64,000 bases of DNA, from the NCBI RefSeq assembly GCF_011386835.1, contig NC_088815.1, positions 13,206,001 to 13,270,000 on the forward strand, given 5' to 3'. A program made the translations under genes and the position numbers. The notes under the pieces were generated by a model. That model was not told where the DNA came from and did not search any database. It saw nothing but the letters and a program-made list of their open reading frames with translations. The stretch comes from Chrysemys picta bellii. Its lineage: Eukaryota. Positions 1 through 13,000 of this stretch are shown here, piece after piece (position 1 is the first letter of the stretch; each line of letters starts with the position of its first letter).

Positions 1-3000
1 CCCCTCAGGATGGGATTTGGGGCGCAGCAAACAGGCCTTGGCCTTCAGGGGTGGCTCCCACAGGGGAGCTGGAGCAGCGGGCGCGGCTGGGGGGCCAGGC
101 TGCCCCGAATGCCTGGGGCCGGCGGCCAGGCAAACTGGGGAGTTGCTGCAGGCTCTGGGGCTGGAGCTGGGCCGGGCCAGGCCTGACTGCTCTGCGCTGG
201 CGGAGGGTGGGGAAGGGGTCTGCTGGGCCAGGATCCCACCCAGACTGGAGCCGGGATGGGAAGGGGGCACTGAAAGCCAAGGTTATGTGATGGAGGGAGG
301 CGCTCTGAGGAGGCAAGAGAACCCAAGTGTGGGAGGGTACAGAGGGGGAGGGAGCCGGCTGGAGGGGGAGTGGAGGAAGGTGAAGGAGCTGGGGGGAGGT
401 GACTGGGGGTCAGGGGCGTCTAGTTGGTTCTGGGCTCCGTTGAGTCTAAACTCCTCACCCTGCCCAAAGAGGTGGCCAGGCCCGGCCCGGCCCAGTGGTT
501 CTGGCCACACCCTGGGTTGGGGGTGAGGGGGGTCGCAGATGCCAGCTGGTGCTGAGGTTGGGGGGAGCAGGCGAAGAGAGGGGCTGGTCACGTGCACGTA
601 CCCCAGCCCTGAGGGGTGCACAGACCACCCGGGAAAGCGTGGAGGGGCATGGCAAAGCAGGATGTGAATGTGGGGGGCTGCAGATAGGGAGCGAGGGAGA
701 TGGGCAGAGCTGCGAGGCCCCGGAGAGGCCTGGGCTGGGAGAGCAGGACCAGACGGTCGCTAGCTGCAGCCTGTCGGCAGCGCAGGGGCTGGGCTGGGGT
801 AAGTCCTAGAAATACGGTTCCGAATTAAACTCCTGTGGCCGCGGATTAGCAGCGTCTGATTCTGAGGGCTCTGGGGCTGTGACACGGGGCTCCGGCCTTC
901 AAGGGGGCTCTGCAAACCTGCCTTGGATGTATCAGTAGCCTGGCGGATAGAGCACTTGGCTGGGATGCCGGCGCCCTTGGTGCTATTCCTGGCTCTGCTC
1001 CGTGCCTCAGTTTCCCTCTCTGTAAAATGGTATCATGCCGCTGTCCTCCGTTAAACAGCACTTTGACCTACCGAGAAAAAGTCCTAGGTCAGAGCCAGGG
1101 GTGATTATTAGTGACCCAGACGCAGACCCCGGCTGGTGCCCAGGACGTGGCTGGAGTTGGCACGGCCTCTGCCTGGTTTCGAGCTGACCAGCTGCCCTGT
1201 CGCCCGGCCCACTAGCCAGGGGCACTAAGCGGCTACCTTTGCCATGGACTGAAAGGGCCAGAGCCTTAGTCTGTTCTCCCTTCCCACGCCTGGTTTCCAT
1301 TCAGGGCCGGCCTAGTGCACGTGGCACTGAGCTGAGCCTGCGCTGGGGTAGGAGGCATCCAGCCCTGTTCAGCGCTGCCTTTCCCCTGTAAAGGGATGGC
1401 GGGGAATCCCCCCCACAGCACCTTGCAGGCTGCAGTGAAACGGACCCAGGTGCCCTGGAGGGCTCTCACAAACCCACCCACAAGTGGATCACAGAGCAGC
1501 CAGACGAGCGGGCACCAGCTGGGAGCAAGGCCCTGGCAGCACATCAGGGGCCTGAGGGGCAGGACGCTGCCCGACTGGGCGGGAGAGAGGGCAGCCGAGT
1601 GGCGCCGCCCCAGCCTGCCTGGCTGGTCTTGTTCCTTGAGTGGGGCTGGGGTTGTCACTTCCTCCACTGCCCCTGCCCCGATCCAATAGCCTGGGCTGTA
1701 CCCGAGCGTGAGTCTCCGCCGGCTGCTTCGCTGTGGCCCTGCGTCAGCCGCCGGGAGTGACATGAATTGCAGGGGGCAGCACTGAGCAGAGCCCAGGGGG
1801 GGCCCAGAGAGCCTGGCTCATGGAGGTGCCAGGCACAGGGGTATGTGTGCGTGTGTTTGTCCACGTGTGTGCCCTTACGCATGTGGGTACATGCATGCGT
1901 CTGGGTGTGCACTTACCCGGGTGAGTCCATGCGTCTGTGTCTGCCTGTCCTCGCACACCCCTGGGTACACGCACACGTCTGTCTCGGTGCGGCCTTGCTC
2001 ACACGCGTCCACGCTCATGTGTGTGTTTTGGCTAACGTGCTTAGCGGAGAAACAACAGGAAATGCCAGCTCTGGCGATAGGGGCTCGCGCTAAGCAGGGC
2101 AAAGGCCTCTCGCTCTCCCGTAGCCAGCTGGGGTCAGAGGTTGTAACAACAGGCAGCTGCTGATTCCGAAGGGCCCTGGCCCGGCAGAGCCGTGACTAAC
2201 CAGCCCCAAGGACCCGTGGCATTGGCTTTCGGCCGGGAGGAAGAGGAGAGCACGTGTTGGGTGTGCAGCCGGCTGGCGGGAAAGGCGGTGGTGTGCAGTG
2301 GTTACCGCCCGGGCGCTTGGCATACTGGCCACTGGCATACTGGGTCGGAGCTGAATGAGCTAACGCTGCTGGCGGTGGCTGGGCAGGGTGGGTGCCCATA
2401 GCCCTGGCCCTATAGGGAGCTGTTCTGTGTCTGACCCCCCAACGGCCGGCCCTTGCCAAGAATGCAGGGCCCGGCTCACATGCCCCGTGTTCGGAGATTA
2501 GCCCCTTGAGTGCGACAAGGTCCCAGTGACGAGCCTATCGGGCCCTTTCAGCCGTACACGGTGGAGGAATGTGCCCTGCTCCCCCCGCAGAGCCCCCACT
2601 TGGGAACGAGCCCCTGCGAGAATGGGCCAAGGACCACGGGGCCAGCGCTGCAGCAAGTCCCATGTCATGGCTTTCCCAGCCCTGCCAAGCCCTTCCCCCT
2701 CCCACGGGTCCTAGCTGGGTGCTTCATGCCCTGGGTCCGGCGCCCGCAGCACTCCATGCCCCCTGCATGACAGCCCTGCCCATGGAGAGGCGCCAGGAGC
2801 AGGGAGGTGGGTGGTTCACATGCCAGAGCCCAGACCCAGGGTCCTGCCCCCTCCCCCGCTTCCTTCTCCTGGGACAATCTCTTCCCCTTGCTGTGCCTCC
2901 ATTTCCCTACAGGCCCCGGCCTGTCCCATCCCCCCCTGGGCAGGACCAGCTGGAGAAATCGAGGGGGAGCCTGGGTGCTGGGAGACAGGTAGCCTGCTCG

Positions 3001-4821
3001 TACCCCCCCTGCAGTGAAGCCTGGCCGAGCACCCTGGCTGCCTGGCAGGGCTCATTCGGGCTCTGCTATTTAAATTGCAGCCATGTATTAAAAGACCAGA
3101 CAGGACAAATCAGGCTGGGACTGGGGCTGGCTCCCCCCCTCACCCCCCCCAAGCACTAGGGATCCCTTCTGCCCCGCCAGAGAGTGGGTGTGCGCATGGG
3201 TTAGCATTCACCCCCATGCCACGCCCTCACGCGGGGGCAAATGCTCATGGGGTAGCACCCAACCTTCCTCATCAGAATCGGGCCCCTGCGGTGCTGGGCA
3301 CCACCCAGAGAGGAAGACGCAGTCCCTGCCCCAGACAGCTCATGGGCTGGCAGGCTGCATGGTGCAGGGAGCGCGGCACTGCCGGGGTCATGTTCATGGA
3401 TGTGCCACGGGAGTGCTGCTGCGGGGCCGGGCTCTTTCACCACCAGGGCAAGCGGGGGGCATGACTTAGAACAGCCAGACCCCAACCCCCCCAGCTGAAA
3501 ACACCCAGCAGACAAAGCTGCCCCCCGGGGGTGGCATAAGGGCTGCAGGCAGGTAGGAGGCTGGCAAACAGCATGCCTGGCACAGGTGGGCCCTGGGGAG
3601 ATGAAGGCCACATTGCGCTAGGGGCTGTACGAGGGCCAGATTCGCCGCAGGAGGGAGAGTCTCCACTGAGCAGCTACATCTGCCTTGGTTTCTTCTTCTG
3701 GGTTCTAGCAAGTGCCAGAGGAACCGGCTGCAAGAGCGTCCCAGGCGATCCGAGCGGGCCTACGAGGGCAGGCTGCCTCCAGCTCTAGGCGCTGCCCCTC
3801 CTCCGCTTGGCACGGCCTGCCTGACACTCAGCCCCGCCAGGGTTAAGAACGAGGCCCAGGCGCACCAGCTGGGGTTGCAGGGAAGACCCGGATGGGGCCG
3901 TCAGGAGGTCCGAATAGCAGAGCCGGCTCCAGCTCCCGGGGGGGTAGAAGGGGGGTTCTTTGGCTGATTTCACTGGAGCCTCTGCTCCAGCCCCTGGCCT
4001 GAACACAATGCCCGGGCGCCTGCCAAGCACGCAGAGCTGTTTGTAAAGCGATAGGCTGCCCTGGGGGAGTTGGTTCGGGGGGGTGGGGGAGTGGGAGCAG
4101 AGGAATGCAAATGTCAGCGATGGCCAAAGTTCTCCTGCCCACGGCCCCGGCTCCACCCGCCTTATTTCGGGTCGGAGAAGCCCAGACGGCGGCGAGCTCT
4201 AGAATCCATCACGTCTAGCCCCGGCTGGCCAGGGAAGGCCCATTCCCACTACGGCTGTGGCAGGCCTCGTCGCCTTGTGGTCCCGACTCCCAGCTGGGAA
4301 GGGAAAACCTGATCCTCTCCCCCCCAGCAGCCACCCTCCTAAACTGCTCCAAAAATAGAGCCCACCACAGCCCCCGAGCCCTGAAGACAAAAGGACATGC
4401 CCAAAGCCCAGACGGGTCTGCATGGGAACAGCCGCAGACCAGTCCTGCTGCATGGGGCAGAAAGCGGCTGCACGCTGCCCCCTGCGGAGGAGAAGTGCTT
4501 TCTGCAGCCCCAGACATCCATGCTCAAAGCCCCTGTGAGCTCAGCACCGTGCGACGTGCTGCAGCGGGGAATGGCAGCGCGGGGAGAGGTGTAGCCATGA
4601 GACACCTCTTAGGACGTGGGTTATGAAATAAAACACATTGTTCAGTGTCCGATTGTTCAGAGCGCTGCAGGGCAGGGCCCGGCTCTTTATTCTGGGTTGG
4701 TACAGCACCTAGCACAGTGGAGTCCTGGCACATGACTGGGGCTGCTAGGAGCAACTGCAACGCACAGGATAACCATCACCCCTGTAATTTAAGGAGGTAT
4801 AAGGGTGGAAAGAGGGAGGAA

Positions 4822-4995
4822 GGCTGGTGAGTGCTAACTTAGGACGCGGAAGTCCCAGGTTCGATTCCTGCCACAGTCTCCCTGTGACTCGGGGCAAGTC
4901 ACTTAATCTCTCTCTGCCTCAATGCTCCCATCTGCACAATGGGTAGAACAGCCCAGCCACGCTGTGATGATAAATTCATTAGAGATGCTGAGGTT
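4822..4995 (+). mobile_element. MIR/CORE-like SINE
   Basis: B-box-like ggttcgattcc followed by gtgactcggggcaagtcacttaatctctctctgcctcaatg core. Confidence 0.7.
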
Positions 4996-5120
4996 TGCTC
5001 TCACCGAAGACAGGAGTCCTGCTGAAGCCCCCCAGAAGCTTTTCCCTTCTCTTTCCCCAACATTCTCAAGACGAGGGGTGAGCAGAGACCGAGTGACATC
5101 AGCTCAGTTTACAAAAACTC

Positions 5121-5126
5121 TTTATT
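5121..5126 (-). terminator. Candidate distal THOP1 poly(A) signal AATAAA
   Basis: Minus strand reads AATAAAGAGTTTTTGTAAAC, followed by U/GU-rich sequence. Confidence 0.45.
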
Positions 5127-7228
5127 AGCACTAGGAACCATGTAAAATCCAACCCCTGTCACAAGCAGGGCTGGACGCGACCGTTACAAAACTCCACGCG
5201 CACCACCCTGGCCTGGGAGGAGATTAACGGAAAATAACCTGACCTCTGCCTCGGCTGGATCGGGGGAGGCGAAACTGGGTCAGAGGGGAAAGTGGCCACG
5301 CTCCGAGGCCAAGGTGCCCGCTGCAGTATGAGTTTGCTCCTTGCCATAGGCCACGTGAGTCAATTCCAGTGCTAGTGAAAGTGAGGGGACGAGCTCTCCC
5401 TGCTTTGAGGGGACACCACACAGGCTACCACTACAGCTTAGAGCCACCCTGCTATTCCAGTCCTGAGCCCACCTTGAGCACAGATTGCCCCAGCGTTCGT
5501 GGGTTGTGTGGGACGACAGGGAGGGTCTACAACTAAAGGTGCCTCCCTGTGACCCGGGGCGGACACGAATTCCAGCCTCTGCATGCAAACCGCAAAGGCG
5601 AGTTCTGAGAGGAGCAGCACCGAGGCCTGGTTAGAAGAGAGGAAAGCGTACAGTTTATCCCATTCCAGCTTATTCAGTAAAAGGACTAAGTGGGTTGAAG
5701 GGGGCGGGGAAGGAGGTCAAAAGGCAGATCCCTTAATCCCAGAAACTTTACACTTAAAAAAGAAACCCACCCACAGTATTGATACATAACAGCGATGCGC
5801 CATGTGTGCGCGGACGCCCAGAGACAGAGCTTATGTCTAGAACGGAGGGAAGAGAGAAAACGCGTGTAAAGTACACATCACATCACTTCTTACATACCCA
5901 GCCCAAGGATGGAATGTCGGGAGGCCGACCCAAATAACGGGGAGGCGGGTGGTGAGAAAGGATCCCACATCCGATTGCCTTCCCTGGTCACCAGAAGGGG
6001 CAGGGAGACAGGGCTTCACAGGCGGTTTCACCTGCATGGCTCGTGAAGCCATGTTTGCTGATCCTTTTGTGTATCTGGACTTTTCCTGGTGAATAACACT
6101 GAGCCAGGCGCGGAGGGGAAAAGCCATGATTTCTTTATACAAATAAATACAGAAGGGGCAGGGGGTGGAATTTAAAACAATCTGAATTGGGGGGGGGGGA
6201 ATGATTTATTTCAAAGATCTAACGAAGAGATCCAGCGGAACCCATCCCATAGCGCGGCCCAGTTTTCTACAGGGGGATAACGTTCCAATCCTGTGTCCAG
6301 GGCGCTCAGCATCTTGACACATTTGGCTGTAGATGGCGACAGGTTTCTGGGTAACAGCAGAGACGTAACAACTGCGCAACAGTCACTGAGCCCTTTTGAT
6401 GTTCACAGCCGGAGAAGGAAATGAGAATCAAAGGACGCGGGGGGGGGGGGGGGGGGGGAGGGCTCTCAGGTGACTGGCAGGTGTTGCTCCTACAATGTAA
6501 CACATTTTGGGTGGAGGATCCTGAAGCTGGAACTTAAGGGTAGGGGTTGATTTGCAATTCAAAGAGGGGGGGCTGGACAGGTTGCGGGCAGGGGTCCTGT
6601 CCGGATTGTTCATGTTGTTGGCAGCAGCTGCCATGCCAACAGAAGCACCAGAAAACAACAGTCTCCCCCCGCACAGGGAGAATGGAACAGCGGAAAGTCA
6701 GGAGGTGGCAGGGACGGCCTGCCCGTGGCAGATCCTGCCATCTCCCCCAAGGAGCTAAACTCCCAGAGTTCGCTTTCTATCCTTCCCCACTGCCCAAACC
6801 CTCCCCTGTAAAATCTCCTCAGCGCGGCTTTGCAGACAGAGCTGCAGCCGGCCGCCGAACGGCAGCACGGGGGTGGACGCTGTTTCTCGGAGCACAGGCT
6901 GGGGGCGAGCTCCTGAGCTGGGCCCTGTTAATGGGAAGGTTGTTAAAGGGGCAAAGATATCCTGAAATCGAGTCTGGTAAAAGAAAAGAATCGAAAGCGG
7001 TTGCAGTTTCTACCCCAGTCCCTGCGGCCGGGGGCCTTCTCCAATTTGGGTGAATGTTTACACCCCCATTTTCCTTTGTGGAGAAACAAAATGTTTCTCT
7101 CTCCTGTTACGGAGAAACCCAAAACAAGGCAAACTGACCAGAGAGGAGCAGAACGGTGGGTGACATCCTGGCCCCACGGAAATCAGTTTCATGAAGTGCT
7201 GTCAAATGCACAGGGTGGGGGTGAAAAC

Positions 7229-7540
7229 GAGGGATGTAAAAGGTTCACCGGTAAGCATTAGGCTTATCGTTAACCGGCACTTAACCGTTAACCCCTGCAG
7301 CTGGCCGCACTGGCCAGCAGGACTCCAGCCCCGGCCGCGCCGGGCCGGGTGGGACACCTGGAGCGGGCCCGGCCGCGTCGGGCAGGACACGGCACCGGGT
7401 CGGGCGGGCTGGAGTGGTCCTGGCAGGACCCCATCCCCTGCTGCCCTGCCAGAGCAACATCAGTTAACGGTTAACCAGTTAACCGATAGAATTTTAATCT
7501 TTTAACTGGTTAATTTTTTAAACCGATATTTACATCCCTA
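7229..7540. mobile_element. hAT-type MITE, 312 bp
   Basis: TIRs GAGGGATGTAAA / TTTACATCCCTA; perfect 8-bp TSD GTGAAAAC (7221-7228, 7541-7548); subterminal GTTAACC repeats. Confidence 0.92.
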
Positions 7541-9305
7541 GTGAAAACATAGGGAAAATACCCACCCACCCCCAGACCTTTTAATCCAGGCGGAAGTGTG
7601 AGTTTTAAATGAATGGGGGGGACCCTTTAAGCCGAAGCAAGAAACACAACTGCAGGTGTTCTTTTTACAAGAGTGGCACACGTTTTCAGAAAGGTCCAAT
7701 AACAGCACCGGGCACCCACCGTTCCAGCTGAAATCAACACCCTCAGGAAAAAAACAACAAGCCCTGAGAGGATCAAGTTGGATCTCCCAACAATTGAGGA
7801 GCTCAAATTCAGTGACTACTTTTAAAAACTTTGCACCTCTCTCTGTTTGCGCTCGCCTTGCCCTGCCCAGGGCAGGGGAGTTTGGGGGAAATTTCAGACA
7901 GAAAATAAAAAGGTTGGTTATTTGGGTTTTTGGGTTTTAACCCCATTTACCAGCTGTAGTTAGAACAGAGATGGATCAACAGTGGTTTGGGGCATAAGCA
8001 CAGAGAAAAAGGGGTGTGGATAAGAATCAATTTACCCGTCAAATCTTACCCTAGTGGGAGGCTTGTACCATTTAAGTGAATTCCCGCTTTGCTCCAGTCC
8101 TTAAAAGCGATGCTTCAAAGTGCATCCGCTAAAAGAAGTAGGTGAGATTCCTGCCTGGCAGTTCTGTAACACTCGGTCCAGCAGCAGCAGTAATTGACAT
8201 TAAGCCGCTAATAAATATTTCCAACGACTCTCCCTGTCTTACATCTAGTATTACACTATACAAGAGTAGGACTCAAGTAGTACGAAATTTCAGATCTGGA
8301 GGAGGAAGAACAGTTTTAGCCAGAATCTGCCGTGGTTTTCTACCGTCCCTGAGGAGAAGCAGGGGGGAGAGTAGATGATGCATTGTACAAGAAGGAGCTG
8401 AATCGCGTCCCTGCTTGGTTTTACACAGCACAGCAAAACACTAGACCAGAAAGGGACCTTGCTGAAATGAGCGAAGACAGCAGTTAGCCATCTCAGGGCA
8501 GGGGAGGAGGGAGTGATTCACGGCCACCGCCTATGGAGCGTTTCATAACAGATGCGTCAGTCAGTCAAGGGTCTGAGCGACCCACTGCCAGACGCCTGGA
8601 TTGCAGGGAGAGACCAACGCCTCTGACGACAGCCTGCAAGCAGGCGAGAAGCGGCTAGTCAGCGAGGGAGGCACATGGTGCTAGCACTGGACTCTGCGCT
8701 AGGCCGTACCCGAGGGCGGATGGAGTCGCTGCTCTCGCAGGTTTCTCTGCAGTGCACAGGGCCCTGAGTCGGCTGACTTTCACCAGCTCCCCAGGCGGAC
8801 ATTAAAGGATCCCTAGCCAGGTTACTAGGCCCCTGGGTCTTTGAATCCCTGCGGGCCACATTGCTGTTGTGTGTCTGTGGCCCCAGCTTCCTGGACCGGA
8901 GATGTAGCGGCCCGGTAATGTTACAATATTGACGCCCCCCCCGGCGGTGTTAGCATCCGAGCTTGTAAAGTATTGATCGCCCAGAAGAGGGCGCTTGGTA
9001 CCTTTGCAGGATGGGGTCCCTTCCAGTTCTGAAACACTCACCCACTAGGGGAGGAAGAGGAGAGGGGACAGCGCCCCCTTCTGACATGGGCTGGAATTGC
9101 ATTCGCTTTGATCAAAACAAAACGGGGGAAGTTCTGAGCCGAGTCTCCTCGACCCAGGTGGTGATGCTGGGGCAGGAGGGGACTAACCCTCCACTCGCCC
9201 AGCAGGCTTGTAGTGTGGAGGGGAATATCCTTTTGGGGTGAGCGAGGCTATTAAGATAGCGCAGGTGCACTTCCTGGCTTTTTACACCTTGGCCTCGCAG
9301 CTGGG

Positions 9306-9311
9306 TTTATT
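9306..9311 (-). terminator. Candidate proximal THOP1 poly(A) signal AATAAA
   Basis: tttatt on plus, about 590 nt downstream of the stop. Confidence 0.45.
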
Positions 9312-9594
9312 CGGAGGTTTCCAATCTGCCCACTGGAGAGGAGACCGAGCCCAAATCCGCCCTGCCCTTTAGTTCCCTCTCTAGTAGTTTGTTTTACGAT
9401 CAGAGCCGTGATTTTACCTTTGGGCACAAAACAAGCTGAGGGCTGGGGAAGTCTCAGCTCTTAAACAATGGTGCCACTTCTAAAATGGTGAATCCAATTT
9501 TTAACACACCCCACACCCCCCTCTCGAGCTGCACCCTGGTGCAGACCCTCTGGGTGCAAAGTTTCAGCTTCAAGCCAATTTGTATGGGCTACTT

Positions 9595-9598
<4 letters not shown>

Positions 9599-9631
<33 letters not shown>
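9599..9631. repeat. (CA)n microsatellite in THOP1 3' UTR region
   Basis: Direct reading. Confidence 0.95.
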
Positions 9632-9634
<3 letters not shown>

Positions 9635-9894
9635 CCGCGCCAAAGGGTAACAGATTGCACCGCCCGCCCCGTAGCACAGCTGTCATTCCAGAGAGGGGAA
9701 ATGGCAGCGCCGGATCTAAACCCCTCTGCCGGAGGCCCTACGTTCGCTCTGGGGACGAAGAGCAGCCGCGGTGTCAGCCCACCCGGCGGGTGTTTGGACG
9801 ACAGAGGAGTCTGGTGCTGCCTGGTTCTCTGGCTCAGGACGACGGGTTCGCAGACACAGGAGCTGGCTCTACTCACAGGGCGGCGGGCGGGTTT

Positions 9895-10053
9895 TCAGCA
9901 GGCTGAAGGCAGCGAGCTGGACTCAACCTTCAGTCCTTTACTGGCCAGGAAGGCATCCTGCTTGGGGTCTCGACCCAGGAACCTCCTCAACATGTCACAC
10001 GCATCCACGGACCCTCCAGGACGCAGGATGTAGTTCCTGTAATCCATACCCAC
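9895..10053 (-). CDS. THOP1: THOP1 terminal coding exon 13
   Basis: [52 protein letters not shown]; TGA at 9897-9895. Confidence 0.96.
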   Translation of the reverse strand: MGMDYRNYILRPGGSVDACDMLRRFLGRDPKQDAFLASKGLKVESSSLPSAC

Positions 10054-13000
10054 CTGCAAGGGGAGACGGGGGAGACAGACAGAGGGGGAGGAGGGATCAG
10101 GGCATGGGAGACCAGCGAGGGAGAGAGTTCTCATCCCAGAATGCTGCTGCCTGCGCTAACCCCCTCCGCATGCTCTGGGCTGATCACAGCCAGGGAGGGT
10201 CTCCCCGCGGATCACCTCGCCCCTCCCGCAGGGCCGATATTCCCACAGCAGGCAGCATTTCTATCACGCACTGGGGAGACAGACAGACAAGAGCTTCCGT
10301 TACCTTACAGTTCATGATCCCCTCCTGCTTGAAGCGCGTGTGGAACATGTCCATGGAATACACTTCGCTCCAGAGGTAGCCATAGTACTGGGCATCGTAG
10401 CCTCCAGCCAGGTGGCCAAACGTGGCCGGCATGTTCGTACCTTGGGAATTAAGACAGACACGTGGCCTGCTGAAGAGACGCGCTGCAGGAGTCAGGCACT
10501 GAGACAATTGCCCGAGGAGCGGGCGGGGGGAGGAGGGGACACACCCTGGACCATGACGTCCTTGATTCAAGCTGCAAAAACCTGATGTGGAAATTTACCA
10601 GCCCAGGCATCAGATCAACTTCCCTGTGATCACGGGGGGGTGGGGATTTTCCACCATGCTCGGCACTCGCTTAACGCTGCTCCCAATGGAGTGAACGGCT
10701 CGTTCCCCGAGCCCAGCGCTCCTCGACATGCCGCCCTAACTGTGGCTGACGTGCCCAAGCAGAGCAAGGCAAAACTGCCTTGATAGGCTGGGGCTGGGAC
10801 TAGCCAGTGGCTCTAGTCCCCCTGCTGTGGGGCACAGGGGAGCGATTTCTGCTGGTCTTTCGCCCAGTTGGCACCGGGCGTTTTGAGAGTCTGCCCTGGA
10901 CCGTGCGGAGGCAGGAGGCCAGGAAGAGAAGAAAAGCTCCTTCCCCTTGACATGATCTTCAGAGAGAAGATTTTACCGTGGACTGGGCGGGAGCAGCCGC
11001 AGCCCCTCTCCCCAGAGCCTGTAGAACCAGCCTGCCCATCAGTGCCAGGTGGGTACCTGGGGTGGCGGGGATGCCCAGCACCTCCTCGCACAGCCGGGCG
11101 TACTCCTCCACGGGGTCTGCCTTCGTCTGGGTGTGAAGGGCCTGGTCCACCTTTGCCAGGACGATCTGACGCAAGTTGAACAGCCCTGTCACAGGAGGGG
11201 AGAGGGAGGCAAAGCGTGAGCCAGACAGCGCCTCCGCGGGGAGGCCACGGCAGGTGGGTAACAGCCGGCCGAGAACGGCTGCGAGTGCCTCCCCCCCCCC
11301 ACAGCTCTGCCACGACCCCCCCAAGCCTATCCTGCAACCTCCCACTATTTCACTCATGCCCCTCAATCCAGACCTGCAGCCCCTCCTGCCCCATGACTGC
11401 TAATGATCACAGGTGGGTTCCTTCCCCGCCAACCCCACCCCCCACTGGCACAGCAGAGGGGCGAGACAAGGCCGACCCCAATGGGAGGGGAAGGCACCAT
11501 GGCTCCTACCTGTGTTCGCCTGCCTGGATTGGATGAGCTTCTCCAGCAGCTCGTCGGGCATGGGGCTGCCGGTTTTGTAGTGTTTGGACATGCGCACCAG
11601 GGGCTCCTTCTCCCACACCCAGTTCTCCAGCATCTGAGACGGGGCTTCAACAAAGTCCCGCTCCACGTGGGTCCCGCTGAACATGGCAAACTCTGCCTAC
11701 AAGACGCACACGCTGTTACAACGCAGCCCAGTCGGAGGGGACACAGAGTACCGACCCAGATCCCCCCTGCCCCAGTCAGTGCCCACCTGGGGGTGAGGAA
11801 TGAGCCAACCCGGCTGGCCACTGGAAGCCCACAATTCAATGATCGGGCTTGGCAAGCACACAGATTGGAATTTAGAGCCTCCATCCTAAGTGAGATGAGT
11901 TTGTTGCTCTCAGGCTTGTCCCCGAGAGTGTTCGCTTGTCCCAAGCCGCCGCACTGCGTGGCACAACGGTCAGTTATCGCGTGAGTGTGGCAATGGATTG
12001 GCAAAGTGGGGGCTGCGGCTCATGGGCAGAGCTGGGTGGGATAGCAGAGTGTCGGAGGAGCTGCAGGTCGGGATCGAGGGACACCGGCAGAGCTGTGCAG
12101 GAGGACGTCTGCACCCCTTGCTCTCTGCCTGGCTCTGGCCAGTGCTCCAGCCTTCTCCCCTTGCAGCATTCTGTGGCGCTAGGAGGAGCCAGCGCCCCGC
12201 TGCCCCCCATGCGGCCCCGCCCTTACCTGTGAGCAGAGCTGGTGCATGACATGGCCGAACTCATGGAAGTAGGTCTCCACCTCGTCATGCTGCAGCAGGG
12301 ACGGCGCGTCCGGCGTGGGCTTGGTGAAGTTGGCTACCATGGCAGCGACGGAGATCTGACGGCTGGAGTCCGGCAGCAGGCAGCCCGGCTGCAGGCCGAA
12401 GCAGGCCGCGTGCCCGTACTTCCCCTCCCTGGAGTGGGTGGAGGAGACTGTCACATCCAGCCTAGCCCCGTCACCTAGAGAGCCTATCAGAGCCCAGGGG
12501 TTGCCTACAAGGCACTGACAGATTCATGCAGGCCAAGTGCTCGCTGGGATCGGCTGGACCAACCGCACCCCTGTTCCTTCTCCATCGGGATCAAGGTACA
12601 TAGGAATGGGACCGAGCCAATCCCACTGCAGGAGCACACAGCAGATCTCAAGCTGACCCTAGCAAGTGGTTTGGGACGGCAAAGCCCCCCAGCTGCCATC
12701 ACCCCAGGGTGAGTTATATAGGGGAGCTGGATGTTCGGCCTTGTTGTGCTGCTTTGGTGGGAGCGGAGGTGGTCAGGCACCCACCAGAGAGAAGAGAGAG
12801 GCTGCAGGGATGTGGGATTCAGGAGTCCTCTGGCAGCTGTGGGGGTGGCTGTCACTGCAGCTCAGAAGGGATGGGGAAAACACCCCAGGGCTGGGCCTGA
12901 CAGAGGTGTCAGACAAGGAACACACCCCAGAGCAAGGTGCATTGGAGAGCTGCTGGGTGACAGTGGGAAACCCCACTCAGCATCATATGCCCTCACCTCG

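Noticed and set aside
2510-2770. ORF PYTVEECALLPPQSP... with nearby ATTAAA at about 3086
   Set aside because: No recognisable homology and only a weak acceptor; cannot be distinguished from chance.
4964-4992. GTGATGA...CTGA pair resembling snoRNA C and D boxes
   Set aside because: Far too short, lies in a SINE tail, and has no terminal stem or host intron.
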